This document shows positions 19,851 to 31,304 of a DNA stretch of 64,000 nt, in pieces. The stretch is from contig CBDFLE010000006.1 of assembly GCA_965248925.1 (NCBI GenBank), forward strand, positions 1,600,001 to 1,664,000. Direction: 5' to 3'. Source of the DNA: Candidatus Multivoradales bacterium. Its GTDB lineage: Bacteria > Acidobacteriota > Thermoanaerobaculia > Multivoradales > J023. A model generated the notes under the pieces. That model searched no databases and was not told where the DNA came from. It worked only from the letters and a program-made list of their open reading frames with translations. The stretch's first letter is position 1; every line of letters starts with the position of its first letter. The position numbers and the translations under genes were made by a program.

Positions 19851-21155
19851 CTATGAATCCGAATTCTCTTCCAGAGCCTCCCGGAGGCTCTTCGGCCGCA
19901 TATCCACCCACACCTCTTCGATGTAGTCGAGGCACTCTTGTTTGCTCCCGGTCTTGCCGACCCTCCTCCAGCCAGAAGGAACCTCTTGATCCGCCGGCCA
20001 TATGGAATACTGCTCTTCTTCGTTCAAGACCACGACGTAGACTGTCTCGGCTTCCGTGGTCTCACCAGTGAAGTCCCCACCGCGATCGAGATTCTCAGCC
20101 AGCTGGCCCGTAGCGGCTAGATGTGCCAGTAAAGACACCCGCTGAATGTTGTCGACCGATTCCTCCCCGCCGAGCATCCATTCCGTAATCCAGTCGTAGA
20201 CCCAGCCGTCTTCGAGCGAGATCCCTAGATCTCGAAGCTGGAGTAAGGTGCGTGCCCGAAAGAACATTGCCGGCGAGTCGTATATGATTCGGCGCCAGCT
20301 CTCCACATCGTCAGCGAGTTCCCACAGCTCATTTGAACTCGTTTCGAGGAAGAGAAACTTCCCGTCCGAATCCCGCAACATGAGGTCTCCGAAAGCCGTG
20401 ATGCGAAATATTTCCACATCAGAGCCCACTCGCCAACGCCAAGACTCCAGCCAGTCGCCCTTTTCAGCAGCCTCGAAGGGAATGAAGAGATCGCCAGCAG
20501 CGTCATCAAGCGCCTCGGCACCAAGGTCCGCTGTGATAAGTCGAATCTCGTCATAACCAACGCCCGCCAGGACTAAATTGTCTTGATACAGTACCGGCTG
20601 GTAACCAACGGCCTCGATATCGAACGCGCTATGCCAGGGGAAGTTCCCCGACTTGTCAGGCCAGTACAGTTGAACCACCGGAAAGCTGTTGCCGCGGTAG
20701 TAACCTAAAGCTGTCCCGAGGAAACTCGCAAACCACTTGGGAAGGACACTCCGCACCCTGGCTGGATAGTCACCAAACGCCCCATCGATCGAGTCTCCAG
20801 CATTGAATTTCTCACCACTGGAAATTCTCTTGACCAAGGATTTGACCACACCACCCAGGGGCACAGGATCCTCGCTCGTTGCAAAGACGAGAATCTCAGG
20901 GTGCTTAAAAGACTCCCAAAGGCCGATGGTGAAGAGAAATCCCGCCCTCCCCTCCCCTGGAACTGCAACCATATGCCAGCCATGCTCGGCAATGTCCGCA
21001 CGGACCCTGGCGAGAATCTGGCTTATTTCATCCTCTTCACCGCTGGCAAGCTGCCCCGGCACCGACTCTTGCTGACCTAGCAAAGGCCTGCGGATCACCA
21101 ACAGCCAACAAACCATCACGATCGCGAAGACCACCAAGGTCAATCCTATTCGCAT
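19851..21155 (-). CDS. Membrane-anchored DUF4262 + Tdi1/DUF1851-like + MbtH-like fusion
   Basis: N-terminal TM; HGWHMVAV..FLFTIGLWESFKHPEILVF (DUF4262-like); WRWRVG..ITAFGDLML..LGGEESVDNI (Tdi1-like); C-terminal NEEEQYSIWP..VPSGW..CLDYIEEVWVDMRPKSL (MbtH signature). RBS GGGAG. Confidence 0.8.
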   Translation of the reverse strand: MRIGLTLVVFAIVMVCWLLVIRRPLLGQQESVPGQLASGEEDEISQILARVRADIAEHGWHMVAVPGEGRAGFLFTIGLWESFKHPEILVFATSEDPVPLGGVVKSLVKRISSGEKFNAGDSIDGAFGDYPARVRSVLPKWFASFLGTALGYYRGNSFPVVQLYWPDKSGNFPWHSAFDIEAVGYQPVLYQDNLVLAGVGYDEIRLITADLGAEALDDAAGDLFIPFEAAEKGDWLESWRWRVGSDVEIFRITAFGDLMLRDSDGKFLFLETSSNELWELADDVESWRRIIYDSPAMFFRARTLLQLRDLGISLEDGWVYDWITEWMLGGEESVDNIQRVSLLAHLAATGQLAENLDRGGDFTGETTEAETVYVVVLNEEEQYSIWPADQEVPSGWRRVGKTGSKQECLDYIEEVWVDMRPKSLREALEENSDS

Positions 21156-21523
21156 ACTCTACTCCCTTAGGTTCAGGTAGGAGATTCACTCCCCCATCCT
21201 TCTATAGGCGTTGCCAAGCCCGCAAAAGTTACAGCCTTCTTGAGACCCAACGACCAGCACTCCAGCAAACTCATCATGGTCCCCACGTTGTCAGTGCCCA
21301 ACAACCAAGATTACGCTGTAGAGACATCGAACTGCGCCTGGCGAGGGGAAGTGTCTCGGATCTCTGGGGTTGATCGGTAGAGCAAGAGCGATGCCAGTCG
21401 GCAGCCTCGCCGCCCAACCCTTGTAACAGCTAGGGCTAGCGATATTGAGCGGATTTAGGGGAGCCATTTCAGTCGACCAAACTGCTCAGAAGCTGAGCAC
21501 TTGCGCAGACTCTGCGCAGCCGC

Positions 21524-22774
21524 TCAGTGATCGAGGCTGGCGGCAAAGAAGCTCCTGAAACCGGGTGGGAAGTAGGGCCCCTGGGGCCGCAAGTCGGGGT
21601 CTGCTGCGAAGCTGGCGGCGGCGAGACGCTGCGCGCTCGCCAGCCGCTTGCTGGACTCTGCCGGGCGCAGCTGGGCGAGGGCGAAGTGAGCGGCGGCAGC
21701 GAACAGGCGGGCCTGCGCTCGCGATCTGGGACGCTCGAAGTCAGCACTGTCAGCCCGCGCCAACAGACTGTCGTAACGGCCCTCGAAATAGGCACTGGCC
21801 AATGCCATCAACCCGGTGGGTAGGCGTCTATCTTGGGTCTGACCTCGCAGCTGTTCGAGCTGTGAGTGCGAGGCATTGATTCGCTGTAGTTCTGCCTCTA
21901 GCTCGCTGGCGGTGTTCACCGACGGCCTTGGATGAGTGGTGAGCCGATCGGCACGGGTGATGGCTGTGGTCAGCTCTTGCACCAGACTCGATGGCAAGGG
22001 CAGCTGGTCAGACGCGAAGTGCTGCCGACTCTGCTCAGCCAGCTCGGCCAGCTGCCGGCCGGCAGCTGCTACTTGGCTTTGCAGAGCTTCTACTTCTTGC
22101 AGCAAGGCAGCTTCCACTTGGTCTCTCAGCTGGTTGGCTTGCTGTTGCAGCTGCACCAACTCGGGCAAGGCTTGGGCTAGACGGCTCAACTCGCTCGCCG
22201 CCAGCGCCTGGTCGGTGAGGCGATCGAAGGCCGCTCGCAGTTGGGCTCGGCGCGCCACCTGGTCCACCGGCCAGCGGGCGGAACTCACTCGCCAACGATC
22301 CTCGAGCCGATCGAGCTGACGCCGGGCGGTCGAGCGCGCCTGCTCGAGCCGTTGACGGATTTCCGGCAACAGTGTTTCCTCGCATTGCCGACGCTCAGCC
22401 AGCAAACCGGTGGCTGCCGGAGATTGCGCCACCACCGCTTGCCGATCCGCTTCTCGCCAGGCCGCCAAGGCGGCTGCGAAATCGCCCAAGCGACACTGAC
22501 AGAGGCCGAGGTAGAAGTGCGGCAAGTAGGGCTCGAAGCGCATGCCATAGGGGCGGGTCACCAAGCTGGCCGAAGCCTCTGGCCGGCGCGCCGCGGTCGC
22601 TGTCAGCAGGTTCAGGGCCTCTTCCAGGTGGCCATAGCCGAGCTGCCGTAGGCCCTGCTCGTAGTCCCCGTAGCCACCATCGGCCGGTGCCGCCGAAGAC
22701 GCCCCCAGGCCGAGCCAGGCAACCACCAACCACCAACTCAAGAAGTTGCGCGCGAAGCCCTCCTGGCCTACCAT
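21524..22774 (-). CDS. Secreted TPR/coiled-coil protein
   Basis: Signal peptide, PYLPHFYLGLC TPR-like segment, long helical region; overlaps the kinase stop. Confidence 0.6.
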   Translation of the reverse strand: MVGQEGFARNFLSWWLVVAWLGLGASSAAPADGGYGDYEQGLRQLGYGHLEEALNLLTATAARRPEASASLVTRPYGMRFEPYLPHFYLGLCQCRLGDFAAALAAWREADRQAVVAQSPAATGLLAERRQCEETLLPEIRQRLEQARSTARRQLDRLEDRWRVSSARWPVDQVARRAQLRAAFDRLTDQALAASELSRLAQALPELVQLQQQANQLRDQVEAALLQEVEALQSQVAAAGRQLAELAEQSRQHFASDQLPLPSSLVQELTTAITRADRLTTHPRPSVNTASELEAELQRINASHSQLEQLRGQTQDRRLPTGLMALASAYFEGRYDSLLARADSADFERPRSRAQARLFAAAAHFALAQLRPAESSKRLASAQRLAAASFAADPDLRPQGPYFPPGFRSFFAASLDH

Positions 22775-24342
22775 CCGGTGCTCCTGAAATACTCCAGTGG
22801 ATCTCTACTTGGGAACTCGACACGAACCAGCGCCAACTGCTCGGCGACTACCTGCAGCTCGATCCGCCGGCGCCCACCGCCACCGCTGGCCAACACCACC
22901 GCCCGGTAGCTGCCGACCGGCAGCTCAAACTGGCATGGGGTCTCACAGCCATCTGGCAACAGCTGCACCTGGCCACTGGCATCACCCAGCTCCATCACTC
23001 TTCCCCACGGAACCGCCTCGACGATCACCCGGCCCAATACTTCGTCGGCCAGTTCCGGCTCGCCGACAGGCACGGGACGGATCAGCTCCGCCTGGGGCCC
23101 GCGCCCGGCGACTTCGTCCGCCGCCTGCCAACCGAGCCCGACCGAAAGATCCGGCTTGGGTCCAGGGTTGCGCAAGGTCGGCACCATGGTCGGCACCCAC
23201 CAGCTGCCCAGAGCCACCGCGAAGGCAAAGCCCAGCGCTAGCAGAATCACCCAACTGCCCCGCCGGGCCAACGACCCCAGATCTTCTGCACTCGCCACCA
23301 AGCCCGTCTCCTGACCGACGGTGTCAGTTCTCGCGCCCCAGGAATCGCTGGCCACGGTGGTAGCGGTCGAGAAACCCGCCGGGGCTATGTCGGCGGACTC
23401 CGCATCTGTCCTCGGCAATGCCGCGCGGACCTGCTCCAAGGCTTCGGCCAAGCCCTGGGCACTGGCGATTCGCCGGCTGGGCTCGAGCGCCATCGCTTGT
23501 TCGACCACCTCCACCAGTGGCTCTGGCAGCGACGGTTGCAGCTGCGCCAGGGGCTCCAACTGCTGCCCCCGCCAGCGCCGCAACGCCGCCATGGGCTGGC
23601 GGCCGCCAAGCAGCTCGTAAAGGGTAGCGCCGCAGGCGTAGACATCGCTCCAAGGACCGACCGGGCCACCGATTTCGCAGTACATCTCGGCCGCGGCATA
23701 GCCATGGGTGAGAGAAAAGGCACGCTGGCCAACGCTGTCGCCCACCGCCACCCGCGCCGCGCCGTAGTCGAGCAGCAAGATCTCGCCATCGTCAGTGAGA
23801 TAGATGTTGGGAGGCTTGATATCGCAGTGCAACACATCTTTGGCATGCGTCGCCTCAAGACCGTGCAACACCGCCACCAGGGTTTGCAACGCCGTCGGCC
23901 AAGGCAGCCGACCGCCAACCCGGTGCACATACTGAGCCAAAGAAGCACCACGGTGATACTCCATCACCAAGTAGGCGGTACCGTTCTCCTCGAAGAAATT
24001 GAGCACCTTGACCACATTGGGATGGCGCAGGCTGGCCAGCACCCTCGCTTCGGTCAGGAAGCGGCCCACGGCAAGACCAAACTTCCCTTCGCTACCCACT
24101 CCTCGCGACTCGACCGCCACCCCGTCACTGGCCCGAGCCACCAACCGACGGGGCAAGAATTCCTTGATCGCCACCTGCAAACGCAAAGTGGCATCCCAGC
24201 CTAAGTAGGTGATGCCGAAGCCACCAGGATGGCCGAGGATATTGCCGATCAGATACCTATTGAAAAGCCGATGCCGCAGTGGCAAGGACTCCGCCGGTCG
24301 ATCATTCGCCGCGCTGAAGAATTCGTCTGCTGGTTGCTCCAT
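22768..24342 (-). CDS. Membrane Ser/Thr protein kinase with C-terminal PEGA-like domain
   Basis: [37 protein letters not shown]; TM helix; [19 protein letters not shown]. Start at MEQPAD is a choice. Confidence 0.85.
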   Translation of the reverse strand: MEQPADEFFSAANDRPAESLPLRHRLFNRYLIGNILGHPGGFGITYLGWDATLRLQVAIKEFLPRRLVARASDGVAVESRGVGSEGKFGLAVGRFLTEARVLASLRHPNVVKVLNFFEENGTAYLVMEYHRGASLAQYVHRVGGRLPWPTALQTLVAVLHGLEATHAKDVLHCDIKPPNIYLTDDGEILLLDYGAARVAVGDSVGQRAFSLTHGYAAAEMYCEIGGPVGPWSDVYACGATLYELLGGRQPMAALRRWRGQQLEPLAQLQPSLPEPLVEVVEQAMALEPSRRIASAQGLAEALEQVRAALPRTDAESADIAPAGFSTATTVASDSWGARTDTVGQETGLVASAEDLGSLARRGSWVILLALGFAFAVALGSWWVPTMVPTLRNPGPKPDLSVGLGWQAADEVAGRGPQAELIRPVPVGEPELADEVLGRVIVEAVPWGRVMELGDASGQVQLLPDGCETPCQFELPVGSYRAVVLASGGGGRRRIELQVVAEQLALVRVEFPSRDPLEYFRSTGW

Positions 24343-24467
24343 GGTGCAGGCCGAGGATATCCGACCCAAAGGCTGCCAGGGGCGGCAGCAGCCTGGCAGC
24401 GCTGCAACTGCGATATAACTTACTCCTCTATGCAACTCCCCACCCAGACCGCCGAGGACCGCCGCCG

Positions 24468-27400
24468 ATGACCATCGCAGTGGTGGCCGAGAAGCCCTCC
24501 GTGGCGCGCGATATCGCCCGCGTCCTGGGAGCCAGCCAGAAGGGCAAGGGAATACTCTCTGGCTCCGGCTACGTCGTCACCTGGGCCATCGGGCACCTGG
24601 TGACCCTGCCCCAGCCGCACGAGATCGAAGCAGCCTGGAAGGGCTGGCGCCGCGACACCTTGCCGATGCTGCCCCAGCGCTGGCCGCTGCAAGTGAGCCA
24701 CCGCACTCGCGAGCAATTTCGCGCTGTCAAGAAAACGATCTGCGCGGCGGACGTCGAGCAGGTCATCTGCGCCACCGATGCAGGCCGTGAAGGCGAGCTG
24801 ATCTTCCGCTACATCTACGAAGCCGCCCGCTGCCGCAAGCCGGTGCAGCGGCTGTGGATTTCGTCATTGACCCCCACCGCTATCCGCCGAGGCTTCGCCG
24901 AGCTGCGCGCCGGCGATCAGTTTGACGGCTTGGCCGACGCCGCCCGCGGTCGCAGCCAGGCGGACTGGCTGGTAGGGATGAATCTGTCGCGGGCGATCAG
25001 TCTGGTGGCCGACGAAACCCTCTCGGTCGGTCGGGTGCAGACCCCCACCCTGGCGCTGCTGGTAGAGCGCGAGCTAGCCATCCGCAACTTTGTGCCCGAG
25101 GACTATCAGGAAGTGGTCGCCAGCTTTGCGCCCACCACCAACGCAGCCACTGCCAAAGACCCCGCAGCCGCTTATCAAGGCACCTGGTTCAACGGCGACA
25201 AGCCCGCCAGCGGCAAACCCTCAGCCAAGGCCAGCCGGCTGCCGGCCGATGGCCAGCAAGCACAGCGGATCGTCGACCGACTGGCTAACGGCGAAGCGAA
25301 AATCGCCAGCGTCGAGCGCAAGACCCGCCGCCGCCCAGCTCCCTTGCTCTACGACCTCACCGAGCTACAGCGGCACGCCAACCGGCTCTTCGGCTGGAGC
25401 GCCAAGAAGACCCTCGGTATCGCCCAGAGTCTCTACGAAAGCAAGAAGCTGATCAGCTACCCGCGCACCGACAGCCGCCATCTGAGTCGCGATGTCGCCG
25501 CCGAGCTACCGCGAATCGTCGCCGCCATCGCCGGCCCTTATGCTGAGCTGATGGCTCCTGGCAGCGGTGAGAAACCCCTCGGACGGCGTTTCGTCGACGA
25601 GGCTCGGGTCGCCGACCATCACGCCATCCTACCCACCGCGACCGCGGCAAAAAGCGCCCGGCCGAATGCCGACCAAGCCAAGCTCTACGACCTGATCTGC
25701 CGCCGCCTGCTCTGTGCCTGGCATGGACCGCAAGTCAGCGCCATCGTCGAAGTGGTCACCACCGTCGACAGCAGCCCAGAGACCGCCGAGCAGGGAGACG
25801 AAGTCGTCGATCACTTTTTTAGCAGCGGCACCAGCATTCTCGAGCAAGGCTGGACCGTGCTCGATATCAGAGTACGCAAGAAGATAAAGAAAGAACAGCC
25901 GGTTGTTCTGCCAGCTGAACTTGCTCAAGGTCTAGCGCGTCAGGTCAGCGCCGTCCAAGCCATCGAGAAAACCACTCGCCCGCCGCGCCGCCACACCGAC
26001 GCCACCCTGCTGACCGCGATGGAGACCGCTGGTCGCAGCCTCGACGACGAAGAACTCTCCGCGGCGATGAAAGAACGCGGCCTGGGCACCCCCGCCACCC
26101 GTGCCGAGACCCTCGAAACCTTGTTGCGCCGTGACTACGCCCAACGGCAGCAAAAAGCTCTCATCGCCACCGACAAAGGCATCGCCTTGATCGACCGGGT
26201 CCATCCGAAAGTCAAAAGCCCGGTGATGACCGGCGAATGGGAGGCCGAACTCAAACGGGTCGAGCGCGGCGAGCTTGAACTGAAAACCTTTCTGGCACGG
26301 ATCGAAACCTACGTCCGCGAAGTGGTGCGCAGCATGCTCGCCCACGGCCATCGCCCTCTCGGCCAAGCGACCGGCAGACCCCGACCCCAGGTGGTTGAGA
26401 CCAGCCACCAAGCAAAGAGCGAGGCTCGGAAGCCCGCAGGTGGGCCGGTGTTCACCGGCAGACAGCCCTTCCCTTCCAGGCATTTATCGCCGACGCCCAC
26501 CGCTGCATCCAGTAGGCCAGCGCCAGCCAACGAGATTCCGGCGCCGAGCCTCACCACCCAGCCATCGTCCCCCAGTGAACAGAGCTGGCGCCCCACTGCG
26601 GCCTTGGCCGCCGACCAACTAGGTCAGCTGCTCACTCAGCCATTTGGTTTTGACGGTTTCCGCCCCTACCAAGAGCCGGTCTGCCGCGCCGTCGCCAGCG
26701 GCCAAGACGTCCTCTTGGTGATGCCGACCGGCGCTGGTAAATCCCTCTGCTACCAGCTCCCCGGCCTGGCCCGCGCCGGCACTACGCTAGTGATCTCGCC
26801 GTTGATCGCGCTGATGGAAGATCAGGTGGCCAAGCTGCAAGCGGTGGGCATCCGCGCCGAGCGCATCCACTCCGGCCGCGGCCGGGGGGCTTCGCGCCAG
26901 GCCTGCCGGGACTACCTCGATGGCCGCTTGGATTTTCTCTTTATCGCTCCCGAACGACTCGGCGTGCGCGGCTTCCCCGAACTGCTGGCGCGGCGCAAGC
27001 CAAGCCTGGTGGCGGTCGACGAGGCGCATTGCATCTCGCAGTGGGGCCACGACTTCCGGCCCGACTATCGGCGCCTGGGTGAACGTCTGCCTGAGCTGCG
27101 GCCTGCGCCGGTGGTCGCCCTCACCGCCACCGCCACCCCAGTGGTGCAAGACGACATCGCCAAACAACTCGGCCTGAGCAGCGGCCAGCGATTCATCCAC
27201 GGTTTTCGCCGCACTAACATCGCCATCGAGAGCGTCGAGCTGCGTCCCTCGGAGCGGCGGGGGGCGGTTCGCCGTTTGCTCGCCAACGACTCCAACCGAC
27301 CGGCGATCGTCTACGCCCCGACCCGCAAAGAAGCCGAGGGGTTGGGAGCCGAGCTGGCCGAACTGCTGCCGGCCAGCGCCTACCACGCCGGCCTGAGCGC

Positions 27401-28619
27401 CAGCCACCGCGACCGCGTGCAGAGCGGCTTCCTGAGCGGCGAGCTGGAAGTGGTCGTCGCCACCATCGCCTTCGGCATGGGTATAGACAAAGCTAATGTG
27501 CGCACCGTCATCCACACCGCCTTGCCCGGCAGCCTGGAGTCTTACTATCAGGAAATCGGCCGCGCTGGCCGCGACGGTCTACCCTCCCGCGCCGCCCTAC
27601 TGTGGGGCTATAGCGACCGCCGCACGCACCAGTTCTTTTTTGATCGCGATTACCCCGAGGTGGCGGTTCTGCAAGGCTTACTCGGCGCCCTCGGCCAGGC
27701 CACCCTCGGCCGCGAGGCGCTGGCCGTCCGCAGCGGCCTCGGCGAGGACACCTTCGAGCGCGCCTTGGAGAAGTTGTGGATCCACGGCGGGGTCGAAATA
27801 ACTACCGAGGACAGCGTCCGGCGTAGCAACAGCACCCGTTCCGGCGCCAGCTGGCAGCTAGCCTACGAGGAGCAACGGCAGCAAAAACTGGCTCAATTGG
27901 GCCAGATCACCCGCTTCGCCCAAGCCCGCCAATGCCGCATGCTGGTGTTGGTGCGCCACTTTGGCGATCAAGAAGACAGCGGCGAGCGCTGTGACGTTTG
28001 TGACCACTGCGCGCCGGAGAACTGCCAGGCGCTGGCCTTTCGCCCGCCCACCGGCACCGAGGTCGGCGCGATGGAGCGCATCTTGGCCTCCCTGCGCCAG
28101 CGTGACAGCCAAGGAACAGCCCAGCTGTTTCGCGCCAGCTGTGAACCCCGAGGTCTCGACCGGCGCACTTTCGACACCCTGCTCGCCGGTCTGGTGCGAG
28201 CCGAGCTGGTGGCAGTCAGCGAAGAGTCCTTCAACAAGGACGGCCGCACCATCCACTTCCAACGCGCCTCCCTGACCGCCGACGGCTACCGCGATCTACC
28301 GATGCTCGGCGCACGGGTGCGGATGGTCGACGAGGTGCCGTCCAGCGGTCGATCCAAACGCCGCCAGCGACCCTCCAAGGCGGCGGCAGACCTCGCCGCC
28401 AAAGCTCCCACGCAGTTGGTGGCCAAGCTCGAGCACTGGCGCAAGGGCGAGTCGCGGCAGCGCGGTGTGCCAGCTTTCAGAATCCTCCGCCAAGCGACCC
28501 TGCGAGCCATTGCCGCCGCGCGGCCTAGCGATCAGCAACAACTGGGGGCGGTGCGTGGCGTCGGTCCCGCCTTGCTGCAACGCTATGGCGATGAGCTGCT
28601 GCGCTTGCTGCGCCCATGA
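24468..28619 (+). CDS. DNA topoisomerase III - RecQ helicase - HRDC fusion
   Basis: [45 protein letters not shown]; Pro-rich linker; [53 protein letters not shown], Zn motif [10 protein letters not shown]-terminal HRDC; one 1383-aa ORF. Confidence 0.95.
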   Translation: MTIAVVAEKPSVARDIARVLGASQKGKGILSGSGYVVTWAIGHLVTLPQPHEIEAAWKGWRRDTLPMLPQRWPLQVSHRTREQFRAVKKTICAADVEQVICATDAGREGELIFRYIYEAARCRKPVQRLWISSLTPTAIRRGFAELRAGDQFDGLADAARGRSQADWLVGMNLSRAISLVADETLSVGRVQTPTLALLVERELAIRNFVPEDYQEVVASFAPTTNAATAKDPAAAYQGTWFNGDKPASGKPSAKASRLPADGQQAQRIVDRLANGEAKIASVERKTRRRPAPLLYDLTELQRHANRLFGWSAKKTLGIAQSLYESKKLISYPRTDSRHLSRDVAAELPRIVAAIAGPYAELMAPGSGEKPLGRRFVDEARVADHHAILPTATAAKSARPNADQAKLYDLICRRLLCAWHGPQVSAIVEVVTTVDSSPETAEQGDEVVDHFFSSGTSILEQGWTVLDIRVRKKIKKEQPVVLPAELAQGLARQVSAVQAIEKTTRPPRRHTDATLLTAMETAGRSLDDEELSAAMKERGLGTPATRAETLETLLRRDYAQRQQKALIATDKGIALIDRVHPKVKSPVMTGEWEAELKRVERGELELKTFLARIETYVREVVRSMLAHGHRPLGQATGRPRPQVVETSHQAKSEARKPAGGPVFTGRQPFPSRHLSPTPTAASSRPAPANEIPAPSLTTQPSSPSEQSWRPTAALAADQLGQLLTQPFGFDGFRPYQEPVCRAVASGQDVLLVMPTGAGKSLCYQLPGLARAGTTLVISPLIALMEDQVAKLQAVGIRAERIHSGRGRGASRQACRDYLDGRLDFLFIAPERLGVRGFPELLARRKPSLVAVDEAHCISQWGHDFRPDYRRLGERLPELRPAPVVALTATATPVVQDDIAKQLGLSSGQRFIHGFRRTNIAIESVELRPSERRGAVRRLLANDSNRPAIVYAPTRKEAEGLGAELAELLPASAYHAGLSASHRDRVQSGFLSGELEVVVATIAFGMGIDKANVRTVIHTALPGSLESYYQEIGRAGRDGLPSRAALLWGYSDRRTHQFFFDRDYPEVAVLQGLLGALGQATLGREALAVRSGLGEDTFERALEKLWIHGGVEITTEDSVRRSNSTRSGASWQLAYEEQRQQKLAQLGQITRFAQARQCRMLVLVRHFGDQEDSGERCDVCDHCAPENCQALAFRPPTGTEVGAMERILASLRQRDSQGTAQLFRASCEPRGLDRRTFDTLLAGLVRAELVAVSEESFNKDGRTIHFQRASLTADGYRDLPMLGARVRMVDEVPSSGRSKRRQRPSKAAADLAAKAPTQLVAKLEHWRKGESRQRGVPAFRILRQATLRAIAAARPSDQQQLGAVRGVGPALLQRYGDELLRLLRP

Positions 28620-28727
28620 GGCCGCCCGCCGCGGCTTGGCTGGCGATATCCTGGGCCCCGGAATCCACCGATCGGTCATCGCGCCGAAAACTCAATTCAA
28701 AGGACCGCAGCTTTTAGGACAGATACG

Positions 28728-31304
28728 TTGGCCCAGCACAAAATCATCTTCTGGCTGACCTTCCTCACCCTCCAATTGGCGTTGGTCAGCAGTGCCCAGC
28801 AGTCGATGGATTGGCAGCAGCTATCGTTGACCGAGGCCTTGATCGAACTCCGCCAGCAAGGGCTCGGCCTGCTCTTCACCAGCCAGGTAGTTCGGCCCGA
28901 GATGCAGGTCGAAGCGGCCCCCACCGCGACCTCCAAGCGACAGATTCTCGATCAGTTGTTGGCACCGCACGGGCTCGCGGTGGAGCTTTCGCCAGCGGGC
29001 ACTTTAGTGGTAATCAAACAACCCTTACCGACCACCGGCAGCTTGACAGGGCAGGTTTGGGAACGACGATCGCGACACCCACTGGCCGGAGTCCAAGTGC
29101 TGCTGCCCAGCACCCCGTTCGCCACCGTCAGCGACGGTGACGGGCATTTCGAGTTGGGCGAGCTACCGGCCGACGAACACCTCCTGGAGCTGCGCCGCGC
29201 CGGCTTCGTGGTCGAGCAACGCCAGATCACTGTGGTCGCCGGCCAGGCACTCGAGCTAGCGGTCGGACTGGTGCCCGCGCCGCTAGCCTTGGGCGAGATC
29301 ATTGTTACCCCGAGCACTATCTCCCTCCTGCGAACCGACCCCCTGCCCCAGCTGGCCTTAGAGCGGGACGAGATCGCCGCCCTGCCCCACCTCGGCGACG
29401 ACCTCTTCCGTGCCCTCGATCTGCTGCCCGGGGTCTCTGGAAACGAACTCACAGCCCAGTTCAATATTCGCGGCGGACGGGCCGATGAAGTGCTGGTAAT
29501 CCTCGATCAGCTGGAACTCTACGAGCCCTACCATCTACCCGATTTCAGCAATGCGCTGAGCCTGATCGCACCACCGGTGATCGGCGAGATGGACTTGATC
29601 CTGGGCGGCTTTCCCGCTCAATTCGGCGACCGCATGGGCGGCGTACTCGACATGCGAACCACCGAACCCGCGGCAGATCGCCACGGCCAGTTCGGCCTCG
29701 GCATCATCAGCGTTCTGGCCAGCAACTCGGGGAGATTCGCTCAGCAGCGTGGCAGCTGGTTCACCGTCGGCCGGCTCGGCTCGCTCGAGCTGCTGTCGGA
29801 TTTTCTCAGCGAAGACGAGCAACCCCATTTTGGCGACGGTTTTGGCAAGCTCGAATACCAGCTCGTCGACACCCAGCGGCTCGGCCTGCGAGTGCTCCAC
29901 GGCGAGGACAGCCTGCAATTCCAAGTCACCGAGGAAGGCGATCAGGAGCAGGCCCGAACCGAATACACCAACACCTATCTATGGCTCACCCACCAAGCAC
30001 TGCTCGGCGACCGCCTGTTTGTCGACACGGTACTGTCGCGCGGCCGAGTCCAGCGCGGGCGCAGCTCCAGCGAGATCGAGCCTGAAGATCAGGGTTTCCA
30101 GCTGCGCGACCAGCGCAACCTGGAGATCTTCGGTCTGAAGCAAGACTGGAGCTCGCAAACCCATGGCGATAGCGACGGCCACTACCGACGCTGGGGGTTC
30201 GACCTGCGCCACCTGCGAGCGGATTACGACTATTTCAACAATCGCCAACTCGAAGATCTCTTCGACGCGATTCGCAGCGAGCCCCGAGTTGGCACCACTG
30301 AATTCCACCAGCGGTTGAGCGGCGAGCACTACAGCCTGTATTTCAGCGATCGCTGGCGTTGGCAACAGCTGACCACTGAATTCGGCCTGCGTTTTGACCG
30401 CCACACCGCCACCGCCGACAGCGACCTCAGCCCGCGGCTCAACCTGGTCTGGGCGCTGGGCCAAGCCAGCACCCTGCGAGCCGCCTGGGGATACTATTTT
30501 CAGAGCCAACGACTCTACGAGCTGCGGGTCGAAGACGGTGAGACCGAACTCCTACCTTCGGAACGCACCGAACAATTGGCGCTGGGCTTGGAGCACCTCT
30601 TCAGTAGCGGCATCACCCTGCGGCTCGACCTCTACCGCCGCGACATCAGGGATCCTCAACCGCGCTACGAAAATATTTTCGACCCGGTCAGCCTGTTTCC
30701 GGAAATCGAGCCCGACCGGGTGCGCTTCGCGCCTCAACACAGCAGGTCGAGCGGGGTCGAACTCTTCGTCCGCGGGCCGCGGGGCAACCAGTTCGGGTGG
30801 TGGGCGAGCTATGCGTTCTCGCGGGTGGAAGACGAGATTGACGGCGTCGACCTGCCGCGCAGCTTTGACCAACCCCACGCCCTGAATGCCAGCCTGAGCT
30901 ATCAACCAGGGCCTCGCTGGACCTTCAACCTAGCCTTCCGCTACCACACCGGCTGGCGCACCACCGCCCTCAGCGGCGAACTGGAACTTGACGACGACGG
31001 GGAACTAGAAGATGACGAGGAAGAGGCCGAGCCCGAGCTGGTGCTGCGTTTCGGCCCGCTCTACGGCGAGCGGCTGCCCGACTACCACCGTCTCGACCTG
31101 CGCATCAGCCGCCAGTGGTCACTGCGCAACGGCAAGATCACCCTGTTTTTCGACCTCCAGAACCTCTACGCACGTAAGAACCTAGCTGGCATTGACGTCG
31201 AGATCGATTTCGAGCTGCAAGACGATGGCGCCGTGCGGCTGCTACCGATCGAAGAGACCTGGGGCGGTCTGCTACCTTCCCTCGGTTTCCGCTGGGAGTT
31301 CTGA
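28728..31304 (+). CDS. TonB-dependent receptor with N-terminal signalling (STN-like) and carboxypeptidase-regulatory-like domains
   Basis: Plug LPGVS..FNIRGG, GGFPAQFGDRMGGV, PRLNL, LPDYHRLDL, C-terminal WEF. Confidence 0.9.
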   Translation: MAQHKIIFWLTFLTLQLALVSSAQQSMDWQQLSLTEALIELRQQGLGLLFTSQVVRPEMQVEAAPTATSKRQILDQLLAPHGLAVELSPAGTLVVIKQPLPTTGSLTGQVWERRSRHPLAGVQVLLPSTPFATVSDGDGHFELGELPADEHLLELRRAGFVVEQRQITVVAGQALELAVGLVPAPLALGEIIVTPSTISLLRTDPLPQLALERDEIAALPHLGDDLFRALDLLPGVSGNELTAQFNIRGGRADEVLVILDQLELYEPYHLPDFSNALSLIAPPVIGEMDLILGGFPAQFGDRMGGVLDMRTTEPAADRHGQFGLGIISVLASNSGRFAQQRGSWFTVGRLGSLELLSDFLSEDEQPHFGDGFGKLEYQLVDTQRLGLRVLHGEDSLQFQVTEEGDQEQARTEYTNTYLWLTHQALLGDRLFVDTVLSRGRVQRGRSSSEIEPEDQGFQLRDQRNLEIFGLKQDWSSQTHGDSDGHYRRWGFDLRHLRADYDYFNNRQLEDLFDAIRSEPRVGTTEFHQRLSGEHYSLYFSDRWRWQQLTTEFGLRFDRHTATADSDLSPRLNLVWALGQASTLRAAWGYYFQSQRLYELRVEDGETELLPSERTEQLALGLEHLFSSGITLRLDLYRRDIRDPQPRYENIFDPVSLFPEIEPDRVRFAPQHSRSSGVELFVRGPRGNQFGWWASYAFSRVEDEIDGVDLPRSFDQPHALNASLSYQPGPRWTFNLAFRYHTGWRTTALSGELELDDDGELEDDEEEAEPELVLRFGPLYGERLPDYHRLDLRISRQWSLRNGKITLFFDLQNLYARKNLAGIDVEIDFELQDDGAVRLLPIEETWGGLLPSLGFRWEF

